Shown here one piece after another: positions 62,531 to 63,741 of a DNA stretch of 63,741 nucleotides (position 1 is its first letter; each line of letters begins with the position of its first letter). The position numbers were made by a program, and so were the translations under genes. Source of the DNA: Octopus bimaculoides (lineage: Eukaryota). The stretch is taken from assembly GCF_001194135.2 (NCBI RefSeq), contig NC_068982.1, positions 6,508,710-6,572,450 on the forward strand, given 5' to 3'. The notes beneath the pieces were generated by a model. The model did no database searches and was not told the DNA's origin. It was given only the letters and a program-made list of their open reading frames with translations.

Positions 62531-62654
62531 GTTAAATATTATATTAGTTGACTGCTGTTGTTAGAACTGCTGTACAAAGAAATCCAAGTTATATAAAGTC
62601 TATTTCTCTTTTGATGCAGAAAATGCTTCAAACCTGAACAGCTGCTGATCATAT

Positions 62655-62860
62655 TTAACCATTTAGCATTTAAACTGGCCGTCTCTGGCCCAAATATTCC
62701 ACCTGCTTTGAGTTCAAACCAGCCGAATCTGACCTCTCACATCAATCCAACAAAATCTCTCTCAAGAAACCTCAAAGCTACAACAGCATGAATAATTAAT
62801 TCAAAACAACATAAGTGAATAATCATTACATTAGAAATAGTAATCTAAGACCTAAAGGGT
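62655..62860. mobile_element. TTAA MITE family 2, decayed
   Basis: TTAACCATTTAGCATTTAAACTGGCC ... CTAAAGGGTT; similar to the flanks of 5574-6110. Confidence 0.65.
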
Positions 62861-63256
62861 TGTTGTGATTTTAGTTTTGATCACGTGACTTTGATTGTCT
62901 CGATTGCCGTTATTTACCTGCAGTGCACCTGCTCAGAGTTCTGTTCTGGCACAACGTGTTCGGTGTTAGTTTTTAGTTAGTCAAGACTGCAGCACCTCGC
63001 TGCATAAAACCATTATTGCGTTGAAGTTTAGTTTTGCTTACAATTTAACAATCTTTGTTTGTATTGTAGATTACTGTATTTTTAGTTGATTAAAACCTAA
63101 ACTCAGATATTTCAGTTTGGGTTTATAACAAGGGTTACGATAGAAATTTGGTGTACACTGGATTATTTTACATTTCTGAACTAAGTTCAAGACAAAGTTT
63201 CAAATTTTCAAGTTTGACTGAAAAGTAAGATTTCGTTATTATTCAGATTATAATAA

Positions 63257-63299
63257 ATATAGGTGCATGAGTGGCTGTGTGGTAAGTAGCTGGCTTACT
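63257..63299 (+). mobile_element. SINE family A head, truncated
   Basis: ATAGGTGCATGAGTGGCTGTGTGGTAAGTAGCTGGCTTAC, followed by unrelated sequence. Confidence 0.8.
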
Positions 63300-63741
63300 T
63301 CCGGTTTACTCACTGCGCCAGATTGGCTACTTGCTGTGAACGAAGATAGACATGAGTTTCGGCTCTGTCTATAGAAGAAAAAAATTGAAGAATTCGCCAG
63401 GGTAAGTCGTTTTTGTTGCTCAGCTGGGCAGCAATTTATTGCTTCTATTTATTTCTTAGTAAATTGTTGTCCAGCGGTGTGGTATCTTTGCTTTCCTTGG
63501 CGAGTTTTTTGTGTGTTCGTTGTACGAACAAATTTTGTATTCGCTGTTTGTGGGAGGCGAGTTCGCTTGCCCATAGTAGCGAAAATTTAAAAGCAGCTTT
63601 GAGTGAAGAAAACTTTTTGTGAATTTTGACGTACAACTACAGGTAAGACTTTTGTGTTTTTTGGGATTTAGTGGGGGTTTGTTGCTCGTGTTTATTTATA
63701 TTTATATCGAGCAGGGAGTCTCCACTGAATTCCACGCATTT

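Overview
AT-rich, repeat-dense eukaryotic non-coding DNA (intronic or intergenic) with four assembly gaps. I found no intact protein-coding gene. The repeat families match those I recall from octopus genomes, so the species (Octopus sp.) is an inference. Contents: (i) three tRNA-headed SINE-like families, labelled A, B and F here; (ii) about 20 copies of an RTE-LINE 3' end or its non-coding derivatives (family C), with a variable array of ~62-66 bp hairpin units and a (GAT)n tail; (iii) a complete but decayed Tc1 transposon with perfect 29-bp TIRs; (iv) fragments of RTE-BovB, R4/Dong, Ty3/gypsy gag and mariner; (v) TTAA MITEs, Helentron-like elements, foldbacks and many microsatellites; (vi) a 5S rRNA copy fused to a headless SINE. 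The main observation is family D, a ~300-bp non-coding element present at 6 loci. It combines a tRNA-like Pol III head, an (AAT)n linker and a minimal type-I hammerhead ribozyme motif (8 motif copies). It inserts with Penelope-like inverted ends and 12-13 bp target duplications, so it is a candidate Penelope-mobilised, ribozyme-bearing SINE or retrozyme. Family letters are my own labels. Boundaries of decayed repeats are approximate (tens of bp).
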